A DNA stretch of 64,000 bases, from positions 1,280,001 through 1,344,000 of the forward strand of contig OZ242186.1 in NCBI GenBank assembly GCA_965205675.1, in the 5' to 3' direction. Source of the DNA: Nitrosopumilus sp. (lineage in GTDB: Archaea > Thermoproteota > Nitrososphaeria > Nitrososphaerales > Nitrosopumilaceae). Under the pieces are notes generated by a model that searched no databases, was not told the origin of the DNA, and worked only from the letters and a program-made list of their open reading frames with translations. The translations under genes were made by a program, and so were the position numbers. Position 1 is the first letter of the stretch, and each line of letters begins with the position of its first letter. Below are positions 1 through 9,304 of this stretch, one piece after another.

Positions 1-1900
1 ATGTGACATGGGACTGTCATTTGCAGAACTGTGTGTGCTCGTGTATATCGTCAGGTATTGTACCGGTACAATTTCACGCCAGATGATTCATGATTTTTTT
101 GTGGGTGTGATGCCATTGCAAAGAGTTGTAGACATACTCTCCAAACTAAAGAGTGCAAAATATGTAAACGCTGATGCGACTTCTCTGGCAGTTACAGATA
201 AAACAAAATCTTTGGTAGACTCTCACAAGATAGAGTTTCAGCAACTGCACCTGTATGTTGAGACATTAACAAAATCAAAAAAGACTAATGTTCCAATGGT
301 AAAGGATACTCCTCGCAAAAACTTTGAAGGAATAACAAACAGATCATGCATCCGCAAAAACTCCAAGGTATATCATATGCTAAAGCACGGTCCATTCCCT
401 GAGAGTTTCTCATATCTTGTAAATGATGGCAAAATAACCAAGGAAGGAAGATGGCTGCTGCTTGCATGTGACATGGGACTGTCATTTGCAGAGCTGTGTG
501 TGCTCGTGTATATCGTCAGGTATTGTACCGGTACAATTTTACGCCAGATGATTCATGATTTTTTTGTGGGTGTGATGCCATTGCAAAGAGTTGTAGACAT
601 ACTCTCCAAACTAAAGAGTGCAAAATATGTAAACGCTGATGCGACTTCTCTGGCAGTTACAGATAAAACAAAATCTTTGGTAGACTCTCACAAGATAGAG
701 TTTCAGCAACTGCACCTGTATGTTGAGACATTAACAAAATCAAAAAAGACTAATGTTCCAATGGTAAAGGACGCCCCTCGCAAAAACTTTGAAGGAATAA
801 CAAACAGATCATGCATCCGCAAAAACTCCAAGGTATATCATATGCTAAAGCACGGTCCATTCCCTGAGAGTTTCTCATATCTTGTAAATGATGGTAAAAT
901 AACCAAGGAAGGTCGGTGGCTGCTGCTTGCATGTGACATGGGACTGTCATTTGCAGAACTGTGTGTGCTTGTGTATATCGTCAGGTATTGTACCGGTACA
1001 ATTTCACGCCAGATGATTCATGATTTTTTTGTAGGCGTGATGCCCTTGCAACGTGTCGTTAATACCTTATCCAAACTAAAGAGTGCAAAATATGTAAACG
1101 CCGATGCGACTTCTCTGGCAGTTACAGATAAAACAAAATCTTTGGTAGACTCTCACAAGATAGAGTTTCAGCAACTGCACCTGTATGTTGAGACATTAAA
1201 AAAATCAAAAAAGACTAATGTTCCAATGGTAAAGGACGCCCCTCGCAAAAACTTTGAAGGAATAACAAACAGATCATGCATCCGCAAAAACTCCAAGGTA
1301 TATCATATGCTAAAGCACGGTCCATTCCCTGAGAGTTTCTCATATCTTGTAAATGATGGCAAAATAACCAAGGAAGGAAGATGGCTGATGCTTGCATGTG
1401 ACATGGGACTGTCATTTGCAGAACTGTGTGTGCTTGTGTATATCGTCAGGTATTGTACCGGTACAATTTCACGCCAGATGATTCATGATTTTTTTGTGGG
1501 TGTGATGCCATTGCAAAGAGTTGTAGACATACTCTCCAAACTAAAGAGTGCAAAATATGTAAACGCTGATGCGACTTCTCTGGCAGTTACGGGCAAAACT
1601 AGAATATTGATAGATTCACAACAATCAGATCTTCTGAAATTGTATCAGTATGTTGAGACATTAAAAAAATCAAAAAAGAATAATGTTCAAATGGTAAAGG
1701 ATACTCCTCGCAAAAACTTTGAAGGAATAACAAACAACTCGTACATCCGCAAAAACTCCAAGGTGTATCATATGCTAAAGCACGGTCCATTCCCTGAGAG
1801 TTTCTCATATCTTGTAAATGATGGCAAAATAACCAAGGAAGGAAGATGGCTGCTGCTTGCATGTGATATGGGACTGTCATTTGCAGAACTGTGTGTGCTT
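1..1900 (+). repeat. 465-bp direct tandem repeat, about 4.1 copies visible
   Basis: ATGGGACTGTCATTTGCAGA recurs at 8, 473, 938, 1403 and 1868; few SNPs between copies. Confidence 0.97.
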
Positions 1901-2185
1901 GGATACCTGGTTATGTTGCATCGCAGTTGGCTAAAAGACCCAGGTTCCATGTCGTGGATGCATAGACCATTGGTGTATACTTCGTTTGACGAGTTTCTTG
2001 GTTTTTGGTCAGTTCAAAAATTCTTTGCAAAGTTCAAAAAGATGGGATTCATCAAGGTGCACACACCGGGACTTCGCGCAGTGAAATTTAACCCGGGATT
2101 CATAGATGCATTCATCAAATCCCATACACGAGAACTTGACGAGCTTGAGGTATACGTAAAGGAACATCTTGAACTGCCTTTGTGA
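8..2185 (+). CDS. Tandem winged-HTH-like repeat protein (155-aa units), probably 5'-truncated by the window edge
   Basis: Unit MGLSFAELCVLVYIVRY...SRQMIHDFF...RVVDILSKLKSAKYV...LAVTDK resembles a MarR/wHTH fold. Four near-identical units plus a diverged fifth. Confidence 0.7.
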   Translation: MGLSFAELCVLVYIVRYCTGTISRQMIHDFFVGVMPLQRVVDILSKLKSAKYVNADATSLAVTDKTKSLVDSHKIEFQQLHLYVETLTKSKKTNVPMVKDTPRKNFEGITNRSCIRKNSKVYHMLKHGPFPESFSYLVNDGKITKEGRWLLLACDMGLSFAELCVLVYIVRYCTGTILRQMIHDFFVGVMPLQRVVDILSKLKSAKYVNADATSLAVTDKTKSLVDSHKIEFQQLHLYVETLTKSKKTNVPMVKDAPRKNFEGITNRSCIRKNSKVYHMLKHGPFPESFSYLVNDGKITKEGRWLLLACDMGLSFAELCVLVYIVRYCTGTISRQMIHDFFVGVMPLQRVVNTLSKLKSAKYVNADATSLAVTDKTKSLVDSHKIEFQQLHLYVETLKKSKKTNVPMVKDAPRKNFEGITNRSCIRKNSKVYHMLKHGPFPESFSYLVNDGKITKEGRWLMLACDMGLSFAELCVLVYIVRYCTGTISRQMIHDFFVGVMPLQRVVDILSKLKSAKYVNADATSLAVTGKTRILIDSQQSDLLKLYQYVETLKKSKKNNVQMVKDTPRKNFEGITNNSYIRKNSKVYHMLKHGPFPESFSYLVNDGKITKEGRWLLLACDMGLSFAELCVLGYLVMLHRSWLKDPGSMSWMHRPLVYTSFDEFLGFWSVQKFFAKFKKMGFIKVHTPGLRAVKFNPGFIDAFIKSHTRELDELEVYVKEHLELPL

Positions 2186-2222
2186 TAAAATCGGGTTAAA
2201 TACAATTTCTGTCGTATAATAC

Positions 2223-3089
2223 ATGAGCAAGCACTCCTTCGTATGGTATAGAATAAGGCAGTTTGCCTCAGCTGAGAAAATAGATGATGTTCCGAGCCAG
2301 GACCTGTTGGTATTATGTGGCTCCATATCTGATATTGTCATTGCAATTTTCCGTCTTGATGAGTCTGGAACATCCATATACCTACGGGTTCCTGATTTCT
2401 GCGCCAGTCAGGTCGAATCAATCATCTCCTTTGGTAAGGAAAAACAAGAGTATCCAGTATGCACAAAGATACAATCACTAGTAGAGCTCAAACTTAGAAA
2501 AAAATCCGTGTACCCACTTGTATCGAATCCTGCTGACATGCACCATAACGTCTTTTCGCTGTTCTCATCTGCACCGCAGGGAGCAATATTTCTAAAGCTA
2601 TCGCATACTGATTCCAAAAAAACGAAAAGGCAGTACGATTCCATAAAACGCAGATATGAAAAACAAAAAGATGATGCAAAAAACACAAACTGGCACGAGT
2701 CTGCATGCAAGGCAAAGGCTGATTGCCGTCGATTCTTTCATGCACAGTTATTCTTTGGAACCCTCACCCCGTCAGACATTGATGACTTTGAGCGGATTCT
2801 GCCCTGTGTCGGACGGGATATAGAGCCAAACGGATTGGTGCGAAAAAAATCAATCTTGTACAATTTAAAACATCCGAGAAGAGCACTTGATTTTTTGGAA
2901 AAGATACTGCTTGAAAAATCAAAAAAATCCGGAATGGTACTCTCCGAAAATGACATTGTACCTTTTGTTAGATTCCCTGAAAATGCAGACAGATTACAGA
3001 TGGAGCCTGCCTCGTCTGAGACATTCTCATCAGGTCTCGCTGCAAATGTTCCTGACCCTCAAAAAGAATTTGAGGATGGTCTGTCATGA
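2223..3089 (+). CDS. Hypothetical backbone protein
   Basis: 288-aa ORF; GTTAAATA 28 nt upstream; stop overlaps next start (ATGA). Confidence 0.75.
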   Translation: MSKHSFVWYRIRQFASAEKIDDVPSQDLLVLCGSISDIVIAIFRLDESGTSIYLRVPDFCASQVESIISFGKEKQEYPVCTKIQSLVELKLRKKSVYPLVSNPADMHHNVFSLFSSAPQGAIFLKLSHTDSKKTKRQYDSIKRRYEKQKDDAKNTNWHESACKAKADCRRFFHAQLFFGTLTPSDIDDFERILPCVGRDIEPNGLVRKKSILYNLKHPRRALDFLEKILLEKSKKSGMVLSENDIVPFVRFPENADRLQMEPASSETFSSGLAANVPDPQKEFEDGLS

Positions 3090-4510
3090 TTATTGCCGTC
3101 TTTGCACTGGTTATATTTGCAACGACATTTGCAACCATCATACCTGCAATGGCAGACTCTGATTACATTGTAATCAAAGAAAATGTGTTGGAAAAGGGAC
3201 ACGGTAATTTGTATGTGGACATAAGTGGACGCATCACTGGGGCATACGTTGAGATTGTGCTGTCTGCCCCCGACGGCTCGACATCTAATGCACAATCAAA
3301 GTTGGTAAATGATGTCTTGTCATATTTTATCTATCTTGAGAGATCAAGTGATGCCGGACTGTACAGAATTGATATTACAGCATATGACTATGATGATAAC
3401 AATGATGATGACGACTATGTCATTGTAAATGAATTGACGGATTATTTTATACTGCTTGATAGTGGCTCCTCAATTGATATACACATTGAAAAAAATGCGT
3501 CAGTCGAATGTGTGCCAAAAACTGATTCCTATGGCGAACCTTTGTACAAAAAAGGCGGATGTATCACTCCTGTACATGTGATAACGGCTGCAACTTTTGG
3601 TGTGAATTTTATCAATGATGATTACAAGACTCATAACCTGCAGTTTGAAAAAGACGAAACAGGTCCTATAATTCCTGGTCTTAACACAATCATATTTCCA
3701 CCACGCGGCGAACATGAATACCAATGTGCATATCATCCGTGGGTAAAAGGAACGATACATGTTGAGAGGGTAAGGCAATTACAGTATGTGGAACCCCCTC
3801 CACTTGTAATTCCTGATGCACAAGACCATGATCCTACAAACCCAAATCCCATATCCACTGATGCACAATATTCCCTTGATGATTGTGGACGGTGCTATGT
3901 CGGAAAGGTAACAAAGATAGTTGACGGTGATACCCTATTTGTAAATGGCAAATCAATCCGTCTTGCATTGGCAAATGCTCCGGAGAGAAATCAAAAAGGA
4001 TTTGCAGATGCAAAACTTTTCGTAGAGCAAACATGCAGAGTGGGGGACTCTGTGTTGGTGGACATTGATGATCTCAAACCATCTGACTCTTATGGCAAGC
4101 CTATTGCAAAAATTATTTGCGGTGAGATAAATATCAATGCAGAACTGCTTCAAAATGAAAACGCCGTACCATACGAATGGTTTTGCAAAAAGACAGAATT
4201 TGTAGATGAGCCGTGGGGCGCTGCTGCTTGTGGTGTTACAGAGTCAGGAGAACTAGAACCTGCAAGCATTCTAGATCTCGATATTCCCGAAGAGGTTGCA
4301 TCAGTTGATATAGATATTATTAACGATACTGTAGGAGTAATACAATCTGGTCTGACCCCGTATGATGCCAGTCTGGAGATTCTGATATTATTGATAATTG
4401 CAATTGTGGTGATGGCGATACTGGCACTCATCATACTGTCAAGACGCAGCACCGGCACCAGGGACAGCCTTGCATCTGATGATGCAGAGACATTCATCTA
4501 TCTGAAATAA
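3086..4510 (+). CDS. Membrane-anchored surface protein: Ig-like + cupredoxin-like + thermonuclease (SNase) domains
   Basis: Signal peptide; THNL...YQCAYHPWVKG copper-site pattern; GKVTKIVDGDTL...IRLALANAPE SNase motif; C-terminal TM helix. Confidence 0.85.
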   Translation: MIIAVFALVIFATTFATIIPAMADSDYIVIKENVLEKGHGNLYVDISGRITGAYVEIVLSAPDGSTSNAQSKLVNDVLSYFIYLERSSDAGLYRIDITAYDYDDNNDDDDYVIVNELTDYFILLDSGSSIDIHIEKNASVECVPKTDSYGEPLYKKGGCITPVHVITAATFGVNFINDDYKTHNLQFEKDETGPIIPGLNTIIFPPRGEHEYQCAYHPWVKGTIHVERVRQLQYVEPPPLVIPDAQDHDPTNPNPISTDAQYSLDDCGRCYVGKVTKIVDGDTLFVNGKSIRLALANAPERNQKGFADAKLFVEQTCRVGDSVLVDIDDLKPSDSYGKPIAKIICGEININAELLQNENAVPYEWFCKKTEFVDEPWGAAACGVTESGELEPASILDLDIPEEVASVDIDIINDTVGVIQSGLTPYDASLEILILLIIAIVVMAILALIILSRRSTGTRDSLASDDAETFIYLK

Positions 4511-4864
4511 TTGTCAGGACCACAAAAATAGAACTGTTTTTACGTGATCTGTTTTTCTTCAAGTAAACCTTTGATTTGTGTATGAAATCTCTTAAAAATT
4601 AAAATAGATCCAAGTAAGAGATAAAACGATTGGCTCAGATTATGGTTTGCAATATCATCATCTCTAAATGATAAGAGCGTCACGGCTTCATCGTTGCCAG
4701 TCATTTTTACTTGATTCATACAAAACATTGGCTTTAAATATAAGTTTGTTCTAATAATAGTAGAATGGTTTTATCTTCAAACTATGAAATCTCCAACTGG
4801 ATCTTTTTTATCAGTAAATGTGTTAATTGAACACGTTTATTAAATGCGTTTATTAGATAAGTTC

Positions 4865-4894
4865 GTAATCGGTGGCCTCCACGCCACCGATTAC
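4865..4894. promoter_or_regulatory. Perfect 12-bp-stem hairpin
   Basis: GTAATCGGTGGC-CTCCAC-GCCACCGATTAC. Confidence 0.7.
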
Positions 4895-4896
4895 AA

Positions 4897-4946
4897 ACTG
4901 ATTCTACTGACTGATTCTACTGACTGATTCTACTGACTGATTCTAC
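4897..4946 (+). repeat. 13-bp iteron-like tandem repeat, 3.8 copies
   Basis: ACTGATTCTACTG x3 + ACTGATTCTAC. Confidence 0.95.
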
Positions 4947-5015
4947 AAAATTACTTGATGGACATTCAAAATAACCCGCTTTAAATCCAAAAAATATCTC
5001 CCTTTGTGACGACAT

Positions 5016-5696
5016 ATGAGTAGTTGTATTTTATGCGGTAATGGTAATTTTGTTAAGGTTGAGACTGAGATCGTATGCTCAAAGTGCGGTGTTATCTCAC
5101 ATTATGATACGGCAGAAACGACGCCTGTTGGCTCAAAGTCGCGTATGCCAGTACATGAAGAGCAAAAAATCGGCTCAAAGAATATCATAGTAGATGGCAT
5201 CACACTGCCACACATCAACAAAAAACGTACAGAGCAAATAATCTCAAGTCGCGACAGTCATCTTGACTCTTTTTCGAAAATCTGCTCCACTCTCGGACTG
5301 CCAAAGTATGTTACAGTAAATGCATTTGTGTTATTCCAGAAATTAAAACCGGCAAAGCTGGGGTCTGGCAAGACTGCCGTGTTCTGTATTCATCAGGCGT
5401 GTATGGATGCAGGTATAACGTACGATGAGGGGAGACTGATTGCAGTTACGAGAACGCAACTTGGTTTGAAAAGACAGATATTTCTCACAAAGGCAATATA
5501 TCAGGTAAAGCGGGTCGCACTAGAGCAGAAACTCATTGTACCCTCATCTGATGATTCACATGAAAAATATTTTCTAAGAAAGATGATTCGTCCGAACCAA
5601 ATGCGTGAGGCAGTTAAGATATCTGGCATGTTTGGAGGCAAAACCACTGACCAAAAGATGCGGCGTGTAGGGAGGTATCTTGATGCATACAACTAA
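5016..5696 (+). CDS. tfb: Truncated transcription initiation factor IIB-like protein
   Basis: N-terminal Zn ribbon CILC...EIVCSKCGVI; one cyclin-like repeat (ICSTLGLP...AVFCIHQAC); only 226 aa. Confidence 0.8.
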   Translation: MSSCILCGNGNFVKVETEIVCSKCGVISHYDTAETTPVGSKSRMPVHEEQKIGSKNIIVDGITLPHINKKRTEQIISSRDSHLDSFSKICSTLGLPKYVTVNAFVLFQKLKPAKLGSGKTAVFCIHQACMDAGITYDEGRLIAVTRTQLGLKRQIFLTKAIYQVKRVALEQKLIVPSSDDSHEKYFLRKMIRPNQMREAVKISGMFGGKTTDQKMRRVGRYLDAYN

Positions 5697-6654
5697 TGAT
5701 GATAGTAGCCTCAGCATTATTGCGCTAAGCAAGATATCGCTGCCAGAACTTGTCGTGATTCCATCGCAGTACGGCATTGAGCAGATTGTTACATCCTTTG
5801 CCCCTGATGCTGGCACTGATGAGTTGTCAATCAAAGTTGTAGAATCCAAAAACGGCTATGTTCTAGTCGATGGAATCGATGTATATTATGCTGCAAAAAA
5901 GATGCGTCTCAAGGAGATAAACGCATATGTCGTAAATGACTCTGTTGATCCCCAGATAACATACATTCGATATACAAAAAAAGACCAGCAAAATCCAATC
6001 AAGATAGTACGCCAGATGCGAAGATATGTCAAGGATAATGGTCTTCCAAAGACAATGCAGATGATGCATCTAGAACCAGTATACTCCAAAGTGTATGCCC
6101 TTGAATTTGATACAAAACTTGAAGATACATTAGATGAACTCTTTGATACGGCATACTCTAACGGGGTACGCTCCACTGCACCACTGCCAATGCTGCGGTT
6201 CATATGCAATCTCGATGAGGATGCACAGCATGTAGTAATTGGGAAACTCCAAAAACATGCAAAAGAGAACAGCGGTTACCGGTGGCCGCACAACGAGTTT
6301 CTAAAGGACATGATCCCCGAGTCTGATAATCCCTCAAAATCTGAGGGAGAGAAAAAACAAGACACTGCAAGCTCAGAGGTTACAACCTTTGAATGCACAA
6401 AGTGCAAGACTCCCCATCTGGTGCACGACGGACGGGTCGCACCATACAAGGAGCAATCCGGACTGAAGATAATGGAGGGCGATATTGCAGACCCTATGAT
6501 TTCACTTGGAAAAAAGCATGCAAAACATCTGGGAATTGATCTAGGCGATGTCCCAGAGGTGATTACTTCTGAGTCGGACTGGAAGTCAGTCACATCTAAG
6601 ATGAGGGGTAGAAAGTTTGTAGTCTTGCTTGGGGCAGAATTTAACCCCTCTTAA
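5680..6654 (+). CDS. ParB/Srx-like N-terminal domain protein with C-terminal CxxC
   Basis: IKVVESKNGYVLVDGIDVYYAAKKMRLKEINAYV matches the ParB-N pattern, with the DGxxR motif degenerate; FECTKC. Confidence 0.7.
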   Translation: MMHTTNDDSSLSIIALSKISLPELVVIPSQYGIEQIVTSFAPDAGTDELSIKVVESKNGYVLVDGIDVYYAAKKMRLKEINAYVVNDSVDPQITYIRYTKKDQQNPIKIVRQMRRYVKDNGLPKTMQMMHLEPVYSKVYALEFDTKLEDTLDELFDTAYSNGVRSTAPLPMLRFICNLDEDAQHVVIGKLQKHAKENSGYRWPHNEFLKDMIPESDNPSKSEGEKKQDTASSEVTTFECTKCKTPHLVHDGRVAPYKEQSGLKIMEGDIADPMISLGKKHAKHLGIDLGDVPEVITSESDWKSVTSKMRGRKFVVLLGAEFNPS

Positions 6655-6666
6655 TACAACGGCGCA

Positions 6667-7152
6667 ATGTATAATATGATAAGGCAAATCTTTTTTGTCC
6701 TGCAACCGTCGTCGCTGCAGGATTCCTTATCTTTACCGCTTTCTGGACTCTCCTATACAAATGAGCTGCTAATAGTGTCTTCTGCTGTTCTTGTACTCGG
6801 AGGTCTGTCAATTGGAGTGTTTTACTCTGACACTGAATCCACATCTTCAATGCTTGTTGAAATTAACAGGATTAATCGTGATATTTTGAACGAAAAGATA
6901 GATGTTATCTCTGCTGATACGTCTGCAACACACGTGGTGTTTTCTCTCAGCAATTACGGAAGTAGAGATACGGAGATAACGGCAGTACTTGACTCTGATG
7001 CAAATAGCATTGACTGTACAAGCAACAATGCAGATTCTGCTAACTTTGTGGTTCTGACTGGCAAGCACATGGAGGTCTCATGTGTACTGCAAGGAGATGA
7101 CAAGTATTATGCAGTAACTGACACGGGGCAGATTCTAAAGGTGATACCATGA
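6667..7152 (+). CDS. Archaeal pilin/FlaG-like protein
   Basis: GLS followed by a hydrophobic helix, then EKIDVI...FSLSNYGSRD beta motif; true start uncertain. Confidence 0.6.
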   Translation: MYNMIRQIFFVLQPSSLQDSLSLPLSGLSYTNELLIVSSAVLVLGGLSIGVFYSDTESTSSMLVEINRINRDILNEKIDVISADTSATHVVFSLSNYGSRDTEITAVLDSDANSIDCTSNNADSANFVVLTGKHMEVSCVLQGDDKYYAVTDTGQILKVIP

Positions 7153-8534
7153 AGTATTATTTTATGCTGATGCTGTTACTTTGTGCTGCTACTTGCATTC
7201 CTTTTGCACATGCATGGGAGTTCGGAATATTTGCACCAGGAGAGTCATACCATTATACCATATGCGATAACATAACACGCGATGCATTCACTGCAACTGC
7301 ATCAAAGTGCTATGATATGCAGATGCGCGTAATTGAGAATGTGAAGATGGATTCAGGATACGTGTGGATAATGCACGTTATAATGAATGGGTCTGATCAT
7401 GACCTGGTTTTACTTGATGAGAATTTTGATGTAACCTCATTACACAACAGATACATTGAAGAGTCGCTCTCATCTACGCTTTTCTGGCTGCCTGATGATT
7501 CTCTCAGAGAGTTTGATCCAGTTATAGGAGATATCCTTGGAAGCGTGCCATCAAAATTCAAGGATGCTGAGATCATAGTTGCAGATTTTTTGGATTATGA
7601 TGAAGGACAAAAAGAATATTCGATTTTATGGACAAATGAATATGAAAACCAAATATGGATACGCGAGGGGGTTGCACTGCCAGTTAGAGCTAGCGTGTAT
7701 TCTGAGATACATGCTGGGTTTGGAGAGAATCTTGCACACTCGTATGATCTAAAGTCGTATGTTTCTTCTGAAGAGTATCTCTTTGACCTACTTTCATCTG
7801 TGAGGTATCCTGATGATGCCTTCGTCGATGATGCCTTCGTCGATGATGCCTTCGTCGATGATGCCTTCGTCGATGATGCCTTCGTCGATGATGCCTTCGT
7901 CGATGATGCCTTCGTCGATGATGCCTTCGTCGATGATGCCTTCGTCGATGATGCCTTCGTCGATGATGCCTTTGTTGATGATGCCTTTGTTGATGATACC
8001 TTTGTCGATGATACCTTTGTCGATGATACCTTTGTCGATGATACCTTTGTCGATGATACCTTTGTCGATGATACCTTTGTCGATGATACCTTTGAGAACG
8101 AGGTATTGTCTGATGAAGAGTTCTATGGTGCAGATTTCGTTGGTGATGATTTGAGTGCGGATGAACCATCTCACCATGCTGATGATGAACCATCTCACCA
8201 TGCTGATGATGTTCTATCTGAAATTCCTGAGTTTTTCCCCTCTGAGATAGTTAATTCTTCTTTGAATGATTCTGATGTTTTGTCTTTCTCAAATGCTTCA
8301 TCGGATCTCAAACCCTCTGAAACTATGCCCTCCGAGCCAGTAGATGATATTGCAAACCCACAATCTCAATTTGATATAGACCCAAAGGATGAATCAGACT
8401 ATGTAGATGATGCGCTCCCTGGAGATAATGAAACTGAAACTCTAGAACGGGACGCTCAGAAATTACAAGATGAAGATGAACCATTTGGTTTTATTTTGTC
8501 TTTCTTTGAACCTCTTCTGGAAATTTTCAAGTGA
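7149..8534 (+). CDS. Secreted protein with acidic DD(A/T)FV pentapeptide tract
   Basis: Signal peptide ending AHA; globular domain; 19 pentapeptide repeats; C-terminal amphipathic tail. Confidence 0.8.
   Translation: MKYYFMLMLLLCAATCIPFAHAWEFGIFAPGESYHYTICDNITRDAFTATASKCYDMQMRVIENVKMDSGYVWIMHVIMNGSDHDLVLLDENFDVTSLHNRYIEESLSSTLFWLPDDSLREFDPVIGDILGSVPSKFKDAEIIVADFLDYDEGQKEYSILWTNEYENQIWIREGVALPVRASVYSEIHAGFGENLAHSYDLKSYVSSEEYLFDLLSSVRYPDDAFVDDAFVDDAFVDDAFVDDAFVDDAFVDDAFVDDAFVDDAFVDDAFVDDAFVDDAFVDDTFVDDTFVDDTFVDDTFVDDTFVDDTFVDDTFENEVLSDEEFYGADFVGDDLSADEPSHHADDEPSHHADDVLSEIPEFFPSEIVNSSLNDSDVLSFSNASSDLKPSETMPSEPVDDIANPQSQFDIDPKDESDYVDDALPGDNETETLERDAQKLQDEDEPFGFILSFFEPLLEIFK
7812..8096 (+). repeat. 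15-bp coding VNTR, 19 copies
   Basis: GATGATGCCTTCGTC x10, GATGATGCCTTTGTT x2, GATGATACCTTTGTC-type x7. Confidence 0.97.
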
Positions 8535-8796
8535 CAAGTTCATCAATTAGAATCATAATAAAATAGACAACACAAGTAATATTGGAATACTGACTAATCC
8601 TATCATAAACAACGTTATAGATACTGTCAACCGTTTAGACTTGGTTTCAATTACACTTTCAGCTTGTGCTAAACATTGAATATACTCCTGACATAATACT
8701 TCATAATAATCTCTTTCAGATGCATTTATCCAACTACTTAAAGTGCCTGGATTGACGTCGCCTGATCTGTTAAGAAATTTTTTACCTAATAATGGC

Positions 8797-8835
8797 TAGT
8801 TTTTGATCTAAATTGAGTTACTTTCCCATCTACTG
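8797..8835. repeat. 39-bp dispersed repeat copy 1 (probable transposon end)
   Basis: TAGTTTTTGATCTAAATTGAGTTACTTTCCCATCTACTG; also at 38802 and 49341. Confidence 0.85.
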
Positions 8836-9010
8836 ATTCAAACCGTATTCCTACGCCATTCTCATACCTAAGATATCAAAAGATGCGAAATAACAAAAGA
8901 CGAATTCGAATATGTGAAAAAAGATTCAAAATGAGAGACTAAGAATAATTTTTACAGTTCATGGATTTTGTAAAATGCGTCTTTTTAAGTAAAAATTACT
9001 ATACATCTCA

Positions 9011-9304
9011 TTGGAGATTTACATAATCATATTTTTGGTTATACTGCTTGCCTTTTTGAGTCTGTTCCTGACACACTATGTGAAAAAATCAAGAAAGTAC
9101 GAGACAAAGGCATCATTTTATTCTGGTGCATACATGCGGCTACGCGTATGGAATATCGATGATGCCCTGAAAAGATCCACAAGATCAAAGGAGACGCGCT
9201 TTTGGGGTGATATTATACTGAGAGGCGATACAGAACTTGCAACTCGGGGAGAGCCCGGGGAGACAATACTGGATGAGCTTTTTGGTCCATCACAGAAAAC
9301 ATAA
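9011..9304 (+). CDS. Small membrane-anchored hypothetical protein
   Basis: N-terminal TM helix; TTTTTAAG 29 nt upstream. Confidence 0.6.
   Translation: MEIYIIIFLVILLAFLSLFLTHYVKKSRKYETKASFYSGAYMRLRVWNIDDALKRSTRSKETRFWGDIILRGDTELATRGEPGETILDELFGPSQKT

Noticed and set aside
285-1880. Repeated 66-aa minus-strand ORFs
   Set aside because: Antisense shadows of the 465-bp repeat
4897-4946. Possible CRISPR array (also considered for the other repeats)
   Set aside because: No unique spacers between repeats and no cas genes in the window
7690-8201. Poly-His/Arg, IIDEG and MMPSS ORFs
   Set aside because: Alternate-frame shadows of the 15-bp VNTR in 7149-8534
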